From: Acidimicrobiia bacterium
GTDB taxonomy: Bacteria; Actinomycetota; Acidimicrobiia; Spongiisociales; UBA5794
Length of the DNA: 62,655 bases
Direction of reading: 5' to 3'
Assembly: GCA_029939995.1 (NCBI GenBank)
Contig: JAOZRW010000009.1
Coordinates: 698-63,352, forward strand
A program made the position numbers and the translations under genes. Positions 1-8,857 of this stretch are shown here, piece by piece (the stretch's first letter is position 1; the number at the start of each line of letters is the position of its first letter). The notes under the pieces were generated by a model that saw nothing but the letters and a program-made list of their open reading frames with translations, made no database searches and was not told the DNA's origin.

Positions 1-30
1 CCCCCCGGGGTGGGGGGGGGGGCGACTCTA

Positions 31-48
31 CGGAGGGTGAAACCTCCG
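31..48 (-). terminator. Possible terminator hairpin downstream of the first gene
   Basis: CGGAGG-GTGAAA-CCTCCG, a 6-bp stem about 19 nt past the stop of the minus-strand gene ending at 67; no U-tract. Confidence 0.3.
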
Positions 49-66
49 GGTGGTTGGACGTCCGGT

Positions 67-1119
67 CTACGCAGCAGCCTTCTCTTCTTCGTCCTCCTCG
101 GGCTTGTATACCCAGACGTAGTAGATGCCACCGATGATCCCAATGGCTCCCACCAAGATGAGGAGCAGCGGGATGTAGGTGCCGAACATGTTGAGCTGGC
201 TGATCGCGTCGTTCGCCTCATTGATCGCGTCCGTCACGGAAGCAGGCGACGTCACGTACTCGAGATGCTGAACCTCGGTCAACGGGACCGGGCCCGGCGC
301 GCCGGGGACCGTGAGAGCAGCCGCACGGGACTCCATCACGTGGATATCGATCAGCATGCCGGTCGTCGGCTCGACCCAGTAGGTCTTGTCGAACTGGAAC
401 GTGTAGGTCAACGGAACCGGATCCGGCATCGCTTCGAGGACCGGTCCGAGTTGCGCCATCGTCTCATCCGGAAGGCCGAGCGACGCGGCGAGCTGTCCCA
501 GCAGTTCCTTCGGCAGGGCCGGAGGGAACTGAGCGAGGAGCTCGGGATCGACGATGACGTCGGGACCCGAAGCCCCGTGGTACCTGTACGTGTTGATCCC
601 GGCGTGCTCTTCCTCTCCCTCGTAGGCGAGGACGACCGTCTGCTGTGTGTCGCCGTTCCATCCGATGTAGTCCCGTCCCTCGGATCCGATCGGCCATCCG
701 ATGACGATCCCTTCACGCGGCGTGATGCGGACGTCGCCCGAGAAATCCTCGATCGAATCCATCGTCGTACGGTCGATCGCATAGATACTCAGAGACTCGG
801 CCAGCGGTCCCTGCGGAGAGCTCATCACCGCGTGGTCCGAGACGATGGCCCCGTTGTTCCCGCCGACCTCGAGGGTCTTGACCGTACGCTCGATCGTGAC
901 CGGGATGTTCTTCAGGAACAGGTTCCCCAGATCACCGGTCTCGAGCGCGGCCGCGTTCATCATCACGGCGAGTTCGCCTTCGTAGTTCCGGGTGCTGTCG
1001 ACGTCGGCGGGGAACTTTGCCTGGCCGGGAAGAACCACGTACTTGACTCCGAGACCTGCAAGCAGCAGGACCACTCCGAGCACCAGAATCGTGATGCCTA
1101 TACCTTTGTTTTTGCCCAT
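67..1119 (-). CDS. DUF3068 / PorA-family membrane-anchored protein
   Basis: N-terminal and C-terminal hydrophobic helices flank an extracytoplasmic domain with YWVEPTTG and YAIDRTT motifs. Start moved to ATG 1119 (MGKNKG) because GGAG lies upstream. Confidence 0.65.
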   Translation of the reverse strand: MGKNKGIGITILVLGVVLLLAGLGVKYVVLPGQAKFPADVDSTRNYEGELAVMMNAAALETGDLGNLFLKNIPVTIERTVKTLEVGGNNGAIVSDHAVMSSPQGPLAESLSIYAIDRTTMDSIEDFSGDVRITPREGIVIGWPIGSEGRDYIGWNGDTQQTVVLAYEGEEEHAGINTYRYHGASGPDVIVDPELLAQFPPALPKELLGQLAASLGLPDETMAQLGPVLEAMPDPVPLTYTFQFDKTYWVEPTTGMLIDIHVMESRAAALTVPGAPGPVPLTEVQHLEYVTSPASVTDAINEANDAISQLNMFGTYIPLLLILVGAIGIIGGIYYVWVYKPEEDEEEKAAA

Positions 1120-1322
1120 GTGTACTCCACTTCCGTCGCTTATCCGTCTCGGTATTGTCTCTACGCTCACTGACGTTAGTCCGTCGGAGAGGAGGCTTCG
1201 CTGATGGGATCTCGCAGTGACGCACATGCCCCCGGCACGAGCCTGTTCGTCGGCGGAGCTATCCGACGGGCTGTATCGGTCAGACCCTGCGACAATGACG
1301 GCTCCACAACGAAAGAGCCTTG

Positions 1323-2342
1323 ATGTCCGGGAACAGCATGTTCAGCCTCACCGACGTTGCGATCGTGTCGATCGCGCACGTCACCGCACCGGAGGTCATC
1401 CCCTCATCTCGGTTCGATGAGATCCTGTCCAAGATGTACAGCCGGACCGGGGCCCAGCCGGGTCTGCTCGAGAGCCTCGCGGGAATCGAGGAACGTCGCT
1501 GGTGGCCGGAGGGGTATCTCTTCACCGATGCGGCTGCAGCGGCGGGAGCGAAAGCCCTCGAGGACAGCGGCGTCCGGACCGACCAGATCGGCCTCCTCAT
1601 CGATACGTCGGTCTGCCGGGACCGGCTCGAACCGTCGTCCGCGGTGACCGTCCATCACGCCCTCGACCTTCCCAGTTGGTGCACGAGCTTCGACCTATCG
1701 AACGCGTGCCTCGGCTTCGTCAGCGCCATGCAGGTTGCCGGCAACATGATCGACGGCGGTCAGATCGACTACGCGCTGATCGTGGACGGCGAAGGCAGCC
1801 GGCAGCTTCAGGAGGCGACACTCGAACGGCTCGCCGGTGAAGACTCGACACTGGCGGATCTGTTCGCCGAGTTCGCTTCGCTGACGGTCGGATCCGGCGG
1901 CGCCGCCGCCGTGGTCGGACGGCACTCTGAGAATCCGGGCAGCCACAAGATCGTCGGCGGGATCTCGCGGGCCGACACCAGCCACCATGCCCTGTGCGTG
2001 GGAGACCTGGATCGGATGCGGACCGACACGAAGTCACTGCTCGACGCCGGCCTGCAGCTCTCGAAGGTCGCGTGGATCGACGCCGAGGAGCTCGGGTGGC
2101 TCGACGCAGATCGCTACATCATCCACCAGGTGTCCCAGGTGCACACCCGCATGCTCTGCGAGTATCTGGGCATCGATCAGACGAAAGTACCGCTCACGTT
2201 CCCGACACTCGGAAACGTCGGCCCGGCATCGATCCCCATCACCCTGTCGATGGAGGCCGAGTCACTGAAGGCGGGCGACAAGGTCCTGCTCCTCGGCATC
2301 GGCTCCGGACTCAACACATCGGCCGTCGAACTGACCTGGTGA
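1323..2342 (+). CDS. oleA: OleA, acyl-CoA condensing enzyme (FabH/thiolase fold) of olefin biosynthesis
   Basis: Motifs GIEERRWW, LEPS (Glu), NACLG (Cys), IHQVS (His) and GNVGPAS; first gene of an oleA-BC-D arrangement. Confidence 0.9.
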   Translation: MSGNSMFSLTDVAIVSIAHVTAPEVIPSSRFDEILSKMYSRTGAQPGLLESLAGIEERRWWPEGYLFTDAAAAAGAKALEDSGVRTDQIGLLIDTSVCRDRLEPSSAVTVHHALDLPSWCTSFDLSNACLGFVSAMQVAGNMIDGGQIDYALIVDGEGSRQLQEATLERLAGEDSTLADLFAEFASLTVGSGGAAAVVGRHSENPGSHKIVGGISRADTSHHALCVGDLDRMRTDTKSLLDAGLQLSKVAWIDAEELGWLDADRYIIHQVSQVHTRMLCEYLGIDQTKVPLTFPTLGNVGPASIPITLSMEAESLKAGDKVLLLGIGSGLNTSAVELTW

Positions 2343-4909
2343 AGCCCGGAGCTGCCGCGCCCGCGGAACTGCCGCCGCCAGGCCTCGACGGCCTCGAACC
2401 TCGTTGGTCCCGGCTGGTCACGACGCCGACGCTCGACGGTGTCGGCCGGACCTGGCACGTGCTCGACAACCGGACGGACGACCCGATCGTCACGTTGCTT
2501 TGCGTGCACGGCAACCCGACATGGTCCTATCTGTGGCGAGATCTGCTTGCCCGGGCACCCTCGAACGTGCGCGTCGTCGCCGTCGATCAGCTCGACATGG
2601 GATTCTCGGAGCGGACCGGCACGGTTCGCCGACTCGCCCAGCGCATCGACGACCTCGAGGCGCTCACCGACGAACTGGGCCTCACAGGCCCGGTCGTCAC
2701 CGTGGCCCACGACTGGGGCGGGCCGATAGCGCTCGGGTGGGCCGAGCGGCACGTCGATCAAGTGACCGGCGTCGTGCTCATGAACACCGCCGTTCACCAA
2801 CCGGAGGAGTCGCACGCTCCCGGGATCATCCGCCTGGTCAGGGCCCCCGGCGTGCTGCGCAGGGTATGTGAGACGACGCCGATCTTCGTGCGGGGAACGA
2901 TGGCGCTCACCCACCCGCGAGTTCCCCGCCCGGTACGGGAGGCATACGAAGCACCGTACCGGAGCGCCGATCGACGCGCCGCGATCACCGCCTTCGTCGA
3001 AGACATCCCTCTCGACGACCGACATCCCAGCCAGTGGGTTCTCGACCGGGTAGCGGCGGACCTCGATCTGCTCGCCGACATCCCCGTTCTACTGCTTTGG
3101 GGCCCCGCAGACCCGGTGTTCTCCGACCTGTATCTCAGGGATCTCGCCGAACGGCTCCCACAGGCAGAGATCCATCGGTTCATCGGCGCCGGGCACCTGA
3201 CGCCGGAGGACGCAGACGTGGCGTCCGCCGTGTTCGCATGGATCGGCCGCAGCGACGAGTCTGCCCCCCCTCCGACACCGGAAGAGAAACGCGTCCCGAT
3301 GTGGGCCAAGATCGATCGCCGGGCCGACGAAGAGGGCGTCGCGATCGTCGAGATGGGGAAGGACGGGCAGCAGACATCCAGGACGTTCAGCGAGTTCGCC
3401 GTCGACGTCCATCGCGTCGCCGCCGGCCTGTCCCTCTTCGGTGTGGAGAAGGGCGACCGGGTGGCGTTGCTCGTGCCACCGGGTATCGACCTCGCCGTCT
3501 GCCTGTATGCCTGTTGGAGGATGGGGGCGGTCGTGGTAGTCGCCGATGCCGGGCTCGGGGCTCGCGGCATGAGCAAAGCGATGGCGAGCGCCAACCCTGC
3601 CTATCTGATCGGAAACACCCGGGCGCTGGCGGCCGCCCGGGCCATGCGATGGCCCGGCATCAAGATCTCGACCGAACCGGTCGGCAACGGCCGCAGGAGA
3701 CTGCTCCACGCGGAGACGACCCTCGACGACCTGAGGGCGTCCGGCGAGGACGCGCCGGAACCCACGGCCCCGGGGTCGGGGGACGTCGGTGCGGTGGGGT
3801 TCACGTCGGGGGCCACCGGCCCGGCGAAAGGCGTCGTCTACCGGCATCACCAGCTCGAAGCGCAGCGCGACGCGCTGATCGATCTCTACGGCATCGGTCC
3901 CGACGACAGCTTCGTCGCGGCATTCGGCCCGTTCGCCCTTCTCGGGCCGGCCCTCGGCATCCCGTCCGTCGTACCGGAGATGAAGGTCACGGAACCGGGG
4001 AGCCTGAGCGCCACAGCCCTTGCGGAGGCGGCGCGCTCGGTCGACGCGACCCTCGTGTTCGCCTCACCCGCCGCGCTGACGAACGTCGTTCGAACCGCCG
4101 GGAAGATGTCGGCGGATCAGATAGCGGTGCTCCGAAGGGCCAGGCTCCTGATGTCTGCGGGTGCTCCGGTGCGGGCTTCGGTGCTCCGATCCATGACCGG
4201 GATCATGCCCGACGCCGAGATGCACACGCCGTACGGGATGACGGAGGTACTGCCGGTCGCCGACATCAGCCTGACCGAGATCGAGCACCTGCCCGGGGGC
4301 GAGGGAGTCTGCGTCGGCCATCCGGTCCCCGGCGTCGACGTGGCGATCAGCAGTCTCGACGAACGAGGCGTCGCCGCCGGCGAACTCAGCGACGAACCCT
4401 TCGTCGTCGGCGAAGTGTGCATCCGGGCGCCGCACATGCGAGACGGCTACGACAACCTCTGGGTGACGGAGAACGACGCATCGCGGCCGGAAGGCTGGCA
4501 CCGAAGCGGCGACGTCGGCCACCTCGACGCCGACGGGAGGCTCTGGATCGAGGGGCGTATCGGACACGTCGTGACGACGCCTTCGGGCCCGGTCACGCCG
4601 GTGGGGATCGAGCATGCGGTCGCCGACCTTCCCGAGGTCGCCCTCGCGGCCGTCGTCGGCGTCGGACCTCCCGGTACCCAGCGGGTCATCGTCGTGCTGG
4701 AACCCGTCGACCGGGTGCCCCGTTCGCGTCTCGCCGATGAGGGTCTGTCCGACCGTGTCAGAGCCTGCGCCGACTCGGTGGACGTCTCCGCCGTTCTCGT
4801 GGTTCCGGAGATTCCCGTGGACAAGCGTCACAATTCCAAGATCGACCGAACGCGGATCGCTCGCTGGGCCGAACGCGTGCTCGGGGGCGGTCGGATGGGC
4901 CCGATATGA
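2339..4909 (+). CDS. oleBC: OleBC fusion: alpha/beta-hydrolase beta-lactone decarboxylase plus AMP-forming beta-lactone synthetase
   Basis: N-domain has HGNPTW, HDWGG and GAGHL; C-domain has FTSGATGPAKG, TPYGMTE and SGDVG. GTG start overlaps the oleA stop (GTGA). Confidence 0.9.
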   Translation: MKPGAAAPAELPPPGLDGLEPRWSRLVTTPTLDGVGRTWHVLDNRTDDPIVTLLCVHGNPTWSYLWRDLLARAPSNVRVVAVDQLDMGFSERTGTVRRLAQRIDDLEALTDELGLTGPVVTVAHDWGGPIALGWAERHVDQVTGVVLMNTAVHQPEESHAPGIIRLVRAPGVLRRVCETTPIFVRGTMALTHPRVPRPVREAYEAPYRSADRRAAITAFVEDIPLDDRHPSQWVLDRVAADLDLLADIPVLLLWGPADPVFSDLYLRDLAERLPQAEIHRFIGAGHLTPEDADVASAVFAWIGRSDESAPPPTPEEKRVPMWAKIDRRADEEGVAIVEMGKDGQQTSRTFSEFAVDVHRVAAGLSLFGVEKGDRVALLVPPGIDLAVCLYACWRMGAVVVVADAGLGARGMSKAMASANPAYLIGNTRALAAARAMRWPGIKISTEPVGNGRRRLLHAETTLDDLRASGEDAPEPTAPGSGDVGAVGFTSGATGPAKGVVYRHHQLEAQRDALIDLYGIGPDDSFVAAFGPFALLGPALGIPSVVPEMKVTEPGSLSATALAEAARSVDATLVFASPAALTNVVRTAGKMSADQIAVLRRARLLMSAGAPVRASVLRSMTGIMPDAEMHTPYGMTEVLPVADISLTEIEHLPGGEGVCVGHPVPGVDVAISSLDERGVAAGELSDEPFVVGEVCIRAPHMRDGYDNLWVTENDASRPEGWHRSGDVGHLDADGRLWIEGRIGHVVTTPSGPVTPVGIEHAVADLPEVALAAVVGVGPPGTQRVIVVLEPVDRVPRSRLADEGLSDRVRACADSVDVSAVLVVPEIPVDKRHNSKIDRTRIARWAERVLGGGRMGPI

Positions 4910-5877
4910 GGGTCCTCGTCACCGGCTCGACGAGCTTGATCGGTCGACACGTCGTCCGCCGCCTCCTCGAGCGCGGCGATACCGTGTGGACGCTCCAGCG
5001 AAGGCCGGGCGATGAACCCGGCGTCGTCGAGCATCTCGGTGACGTCACCGATCGGTCCACGGTGGAACGTGCCGTGGAAAGGGCCGAAGCCGTCATCCAC
5101 CTCGCAGCGCACGTGGCGGCGACCGGCCCATGGTCCCGATTCGCGACGACGAATATCGAAGGGACGCGCAACGTCACCGAGGCCGCGGCGAGCGCCGGCG
5201 TCGGCCGGTTCATCCACGTCTCGTCACCCTCCGTCGCACACGGCGGCGCATCCCTCGTCGGCGCGGCGGCCGAACCGGCCGATCCCGGGAACGCCCACGG
5301 GCCGTACGCGAGGAGCAAGGCCATGGCCGAGATCGTCGCGCTCGATGCCGGGTCGTCGGTGATGCCGGTCGTCGCCGTCCGCCCCCACCTCGTGTGGGGC
5401 CCCGGCGACACACAGCTCATCGGACGGATCGTGGACCGTGCCCGCTCCGGAAGGTTGGCGATCGTGGGAACGGGTGCTGCGCTGATCGACACCACGTACA
5501 TCGACAACGCCGCCGATGCGCTCGTCGCGGCGCTCGATCACGCCCCGTCGATCGGAACCAGGGCACTCGTCGTGACGAACGGCCAGCCGCGGCCGGTTCG
5601 CGAGATCATCGATCGGATCGTCGCAGCGGCCGGACTCGAGCCGCCGCGGATCACGGTCCCGTACCGGGTTGCACACGCCGGCGGTCGGATCGTCGAGCAG
5701 ATCTGGGACCGACGCGGCCGTGACGACGATCCGCCGATGACGTCGTTCCTGGCGGAGCAACTGGGCACGGCCCACTGGTTCGATCAGCGTGAGACCCGTC
5801 GAGTGCTCCAGTGGGAGCCCGAGGTGAGCCTCAACGAGGGATTCCGGCGCCTTCGCACCTGGTTCGAATCGACCTAG
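4906..5877 (+). CDS. oleD: OleD, extended SDR 2-alkyl-3-oxoalkanoate reductase
   Basis: Rossmann start MRVLVTGSTSLIG, YARSK (YxxxK), RPHLVWGPGD; ATGA overlap with oleBC. Confidence 0.88.
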   Translation: MRVLVTGSTSLIGRHVVRRLLERGDTVWTLQRRPGDEPGVVEHLGDVTDRSTVERAVERAEAVIHLAAHVAATGPWSRFATTNIEGTRNVTEAAASAGVGRFIHVSSPSVAHGGASLVGAAAEPADPGNAHGPYARSKAMAEIVALDAGSSVMPVVAVRPHLVWGPGDTQLIGRIVDRARSGRLAIVGTGAALIDTTYIDNAADALVAALDHAPSIGTRALVVTNGQPRPVREIIDRIVAAAGLEPPRITVPYRVAHAGGRIVEQIWDRRGRDDDPPMTSFLAEQLGTAHWFDQRETRRVLQWEPEVSLNEGFRRLRTWFEST

Positions 5878-5885
5878 CCGCCCGA

Positions 5886-7868
5886 TCAACCGCCGTCGGA
5901 CCCGCCGGCAGCCGTCGTCGTCGTTGTGCTCGCCGGGGGCTCCGTTGTCGTCGTGGTTGTGGTGGTTGTTGTCGTCGTCGTTGTAGACGTCGTGCTCGTG
6001 GGGGCTTCCGTTGTCGTCGTGGTTTCCTCGGGCACCGTCGTCGTGGTGGTCGTCGGCGGGACCGTTGTCGTCACGGTCGTCGGGGGAGCGGTGCACCGGG
6101 CCGAGCCGGAGACCGTCTTGCACGACGCAACCTGGATCTTCTTCGCACTGCCCCGGTATCGCCACGTGAACGGCTCGCGAACGACCGTGCCGTCCGGGTA
6201 GGTGATGACCCGGGTCACAGTCACCGTCCATCCCTGCGATCCGCGGCTCACGACCTTCTCGGTCCCTGGGCTGAGGGCCGGGTTCTCTTCGTAGATGACC
6301 CTCGGCTCGGTGAAGTTGCGACGCTCCGATCGCTCCGACGTGACCTTCAGGCCGCCGTTGTTCCCGAAGAACTTCACGGTGATCGTCGACGATGTGTGCG
6401 CCGTCTTGATGATGACGGGGGCGTTCGAGTTGTTCCGGAACACGACGTCTGGCTTGGGATACCCGAGCGTCGCCTCACGACCTTCCGGGTACTTCGAGAA
6501 GTAGATGCTGTGCGGCTGGTGCTCGACGTCCTCGTACCCGCCGAAGAACACGGCGTTGAAGAACGTCGTGCCGAACTGGCTGACCCCGCCGCCGACGTTC
6601 GTGGGGCTGTCGCAGCAGTAGACCTCGCCGTTGATGATGGCTCCGTCGCGCAGATACCCCTTCGCTTCTGTGCGTCTCCCGACGGCCTGGTTGATCGAGA
6701 ACGTCTCTCCCGGCCACACGATCATCCCGTCGACGGTGTCGGCCATGCGTTGGATGTTCTTCACCCGGTTCCTTCCCGGTGTCCGCGTGGTGAACTCCGA
6801 GACGAGAGTGAGCGGGCCCCAGGCTTCGACGTCCTCGGCGGTGATCCTCGGTTCGACGTCGTCCACGATCGGGAGGTCGCCGCGGCCGCCGTCGGCTGCG
6901 GCTTCCTGAATCGCGGAGGCCAGCGATTCGACGTCGACCCGCGTCCCGTTCTTCGGGGGAGTGATGGTGACGCGATTCGTCGCGACGCTCGCGTCGAGTT
7001 TCACCTCGACCGGGGGCTGTTCGAAGTCGGCCAGGCGGGACTCGAGAGATGCGGTGAGAACCTCCGGGTTCAACCCGACGTCGATCCGGGGCGTGCCGTC
7101 CGTGATGAAGTCGATCGTCACGGCGGAGGCCAGCTCATCGCGCGCTACCACGAGCGTGTAGTCGTAGTCGGCGTTGGTGAGGATGACGGGTTTGTCGATC
7201 AGTGATTCGATGGAGGTTGCAGCCGCGTCCAGGTCGGCCGCGGAGAACGCCGGGGGTCGGTCGATGAGAGGGAGGTCGGTCTGATCGCGCCGGTCGGACA
7301 CGAGCGTCGTCTGGACGATCTCGCGAGCAGCCTCCCGGTCGATACGCAGCCCGGGCCTCGGATAGTCGACGCGGACGCTTCCGTCGACGATCGAGATGTC
7401 GCCGTCGAAGGCCGGCTCGGCGATCGCCGCACGTTCCCACTGATCGAGATAGGCGTCGATCGCTTCGCCGTTGATCGTCACCGCGACCGGGATGTCGAGT
7501 GTCGTCGAGAAGCTCCGCATCCACGGGATGAGGCCTGAGACCACGCCGTGATCGGCTTCGGCAACGGCGACGGACAAGGCCGAATCGACGTCGGTGTCCA
7601 ACCCGACGTCGGCCGGGTCGAGTTGGAACTCTCTTCCGTTGACCACGAAGACGGCCGGGTCGGCGTAGCGCTCGTTCTCGTAGGAACGGATGACGGTCAG
7701 GGCCTCGTCGGGAGGTAGGCCGGCGACGTCGACTCCCGCGATCGATACGTTGCGGGGGAGCGTGCCGTCGTGGACCGAATGGTCGACCAGGTACACGGCC
7801 ATCGGGAGCATGAGGATGACGAGGGGCGCGAGGATCATCAGAACGATTCGTCCGGCTTTCGATGACAT
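5886..7868 (-). CDS. VanW-family surface protein with putative peptidoglycan-binding repeats, a G5-like domain and a Thr-rich tail
   Basis: N-terminal TM helix; VanW motifs PGETFSIN, GGGVSQFGTTFFNA, HSIYFSKYPEGREAT and DVVFRNN. AAAGGAG RBS before ATG 7868. Confidence 0.85.
   Translation of the reverse strand: MSSKAGRIVLMILAPLVILMLPMAVYLVDHSVHDGTLPRNVSIAGVDVAGLPPDEALTVIRSYENERYADPAVFVVNGREFQLDPADVGLDTDVDSALSVAVAEADHGVVSGLIPWMRSFSTTLDIPVAVTINGEAIDAYLDQWERAAIAEPAFDGDISIVDGSVRVDYPRPGLRIDREAAREIVQTTLVSDRRDQTDLPLIDRPPAFSAADLDAAATSIESLIDKPVILTNADYDYTLVVARDELASAVTIDFITDGTPRIDVGLNPEVLTASLESRLADFEQPPVEVKLDASVATNRVTITPPKNGTRVDVESLASAIQEAAADGGRGDLPIVDDVEPRITAEDVEAWGPLTLVSEFTTRTPGRNRVKNIQRMADTVDGMIVWPGETFSINQAVGRRTEAKGYLRDGAIINGEVYCCDSPTNVGGGVSQFGTTFFNAVFFGGYEDVEHQPHSIYFSKYPEGREATLGYPKPDVVFRNNSNAPVIIKTAHTSSTITVKFFGNNGGLKVTSERSERRNFTEPRVIYEENPALSPGTEKVVSRGSQGWTVTVTRVITYPDGTVVREPFTWRYRGSAKKIQVASCKTVSGSARCTAPPTTVTTTVPPTTTTTTVPEETTTTTEAPTSTTSTTTTTTTTTTTTTTEPPASTTTTTAAGGSDGG
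5900..6085 (-). repeat. Low-complexity Thr codon repeat encoding the Thr-rich tail
   Basis: gtc/gtt/gtg triplet runs on the + strand translate as PPTTVTTTVPPTTTTT...TTTTTTEPP on the - strand. Confidence 0.85.
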
Positions 7869-7959
7869 CGTGCTCCTTTCCCTCTCTGGCAACGACCCGA
7901 AGGTGAGAGATGGAGAATATCCGCCGGAGCGGGTAACGATCCGGCCGTCCGGATCGTCG

Positions 7960-8796
7960 TCAGACGGTGGCGTCTTCGCTCCGCGGGGATGGGGCGACGG
8001 GGGCGGTCATCTTCAAGAACAGGACCAGAACGGGCACGAGATACGCCAGGTAGGCGACGGCCATCAGGAGCGATGGGGCGGGCGTCCACCCGAAGAGGCT
8101 CTTCAGGAATCGCCCGACGGCGTCCGTGGACGGATCGAGAATCCCGAGATCCCACACGTGCTCGCTCAGCGTCGGTATCACCCCGAGCTCCTGGAACTCG
8201 TGCACGCCTTTCGAGACGAGACCGGCGGCGAACACGATGATCAGGGCTCCCGTGAAACGGAAGAACGAGCGGAGATCGATGCGGGTGCTGCCGGCGTAGA
8301 AGAGGGCTCCGATGGCGATCGCTGCGAGCAGGCCGGCGATTCCCCCGATGAGCTGTGTTCCGGACGATCCGTCCCCGACGGTCGTGGAGATGAGGAAGAG
8401 CGACGATTCGATCCCTTCCCGAACCACCGCCACGAATGCGAGCGTCGCGAGAGCTGTGGCGCCTCCCGCCGCCAGTGCCGTGTCCACCTGCGAATGGAGG
8501 CGACCCTTGATCGAACGGGCCTGCCGGGCCATCCAGAAGATCATCCACGTGAGCAACCCTGCAGCGGACCACGCGATGACTCCCTCGGTGAACTGCTCGG
8601 CGGAGCCTTCGAGGCCGCCGAGGGTTGTCCACAACACGATCCCCACGGCGATGGAAACGAGGATCGCCGCGATCGCTCCCGCCCACACCCAGCGCGCCTC
8701 GCTCCGACGGTCGAGGCGATTGAGGTACCCGAGAAGGATCGCGACGATGATCGCCGCCTCGACGCCTTCACGAAGCATCACGAGGAACGCGGACAC
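7960..8796 (-). CDS. FTR1/EfeU-family iron permease
   Basis: Two REGxE motifs (LREGVEA, VREGIES) and about 7 TM helices. Confidence 0.9.
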   Translation of the reverse strand: MSAFLVMLREGVEAAIIVAILLGYLNRLDRRSEARWVWAGAIAAILVSIAVGIVLWTTLGGLEGSAEQFTEGVIAWSAAGLLTWMIFWMARQARSIKGRLHSQVDTALAAGGATALATLAFVAVVREGIESSLFLISTTVGDGSSGTQLIGGIAGLLAAIAIGALFYAGSTRIDLRSFFRFTGALIIVFAAGLVSKGVHEFQELGVIPTLSEHVWDLGILDPSTDAVGRFLKSLFGWTPAPSLLMAVAYLAYLVPVLVLFLKMTAPVAPSPRSEDATV

Positions 8797-8823
8797 GGTT
8801 GGAGGTCTTTCGGTCGCCTACCT

Positions 8824-8851
8824 GATTACCACTACGACGCTAGTGGTAATC
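8824..8851. promoter_or_regulatory. Perfect 11-bp inverted repeat (operator or terminator)
   Basis: GATTACCACTA-CGACGC-TAGTGGTAATC, between the aceE-like stop and the FTR1 start. Confidence 0.5.
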
Positions 8852-8857
8852 GTCGGT

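Noticed and set aside
1-22. C/G homopolymer runs as a G-quadruplex or phase-variable tract
   Set aside because: They lie at the window edge and could be part of a terminator stem or a contig-end artefact; there is too little context to judge.
1994-2338. N-terminal extension of OleBC in the ORF track (also the long extensions on the aceE-like, MFS, cofH 38070 and BMP 46137 ORFs)
   Set aside because: They overlap neighbouring genes; better starts with coupling or RBS signals lie downstream.
5900-6085. Tandem repeat or CRISPR-like array
   Set aside because: It is an in-frame Thr codon run with no repeat-spacer structure and no cas genes.
5886-7868. Vancomycin resistance locus
   Set aside because: The VanW domain alone is widespread, and vanHAX/vanRS are absent.
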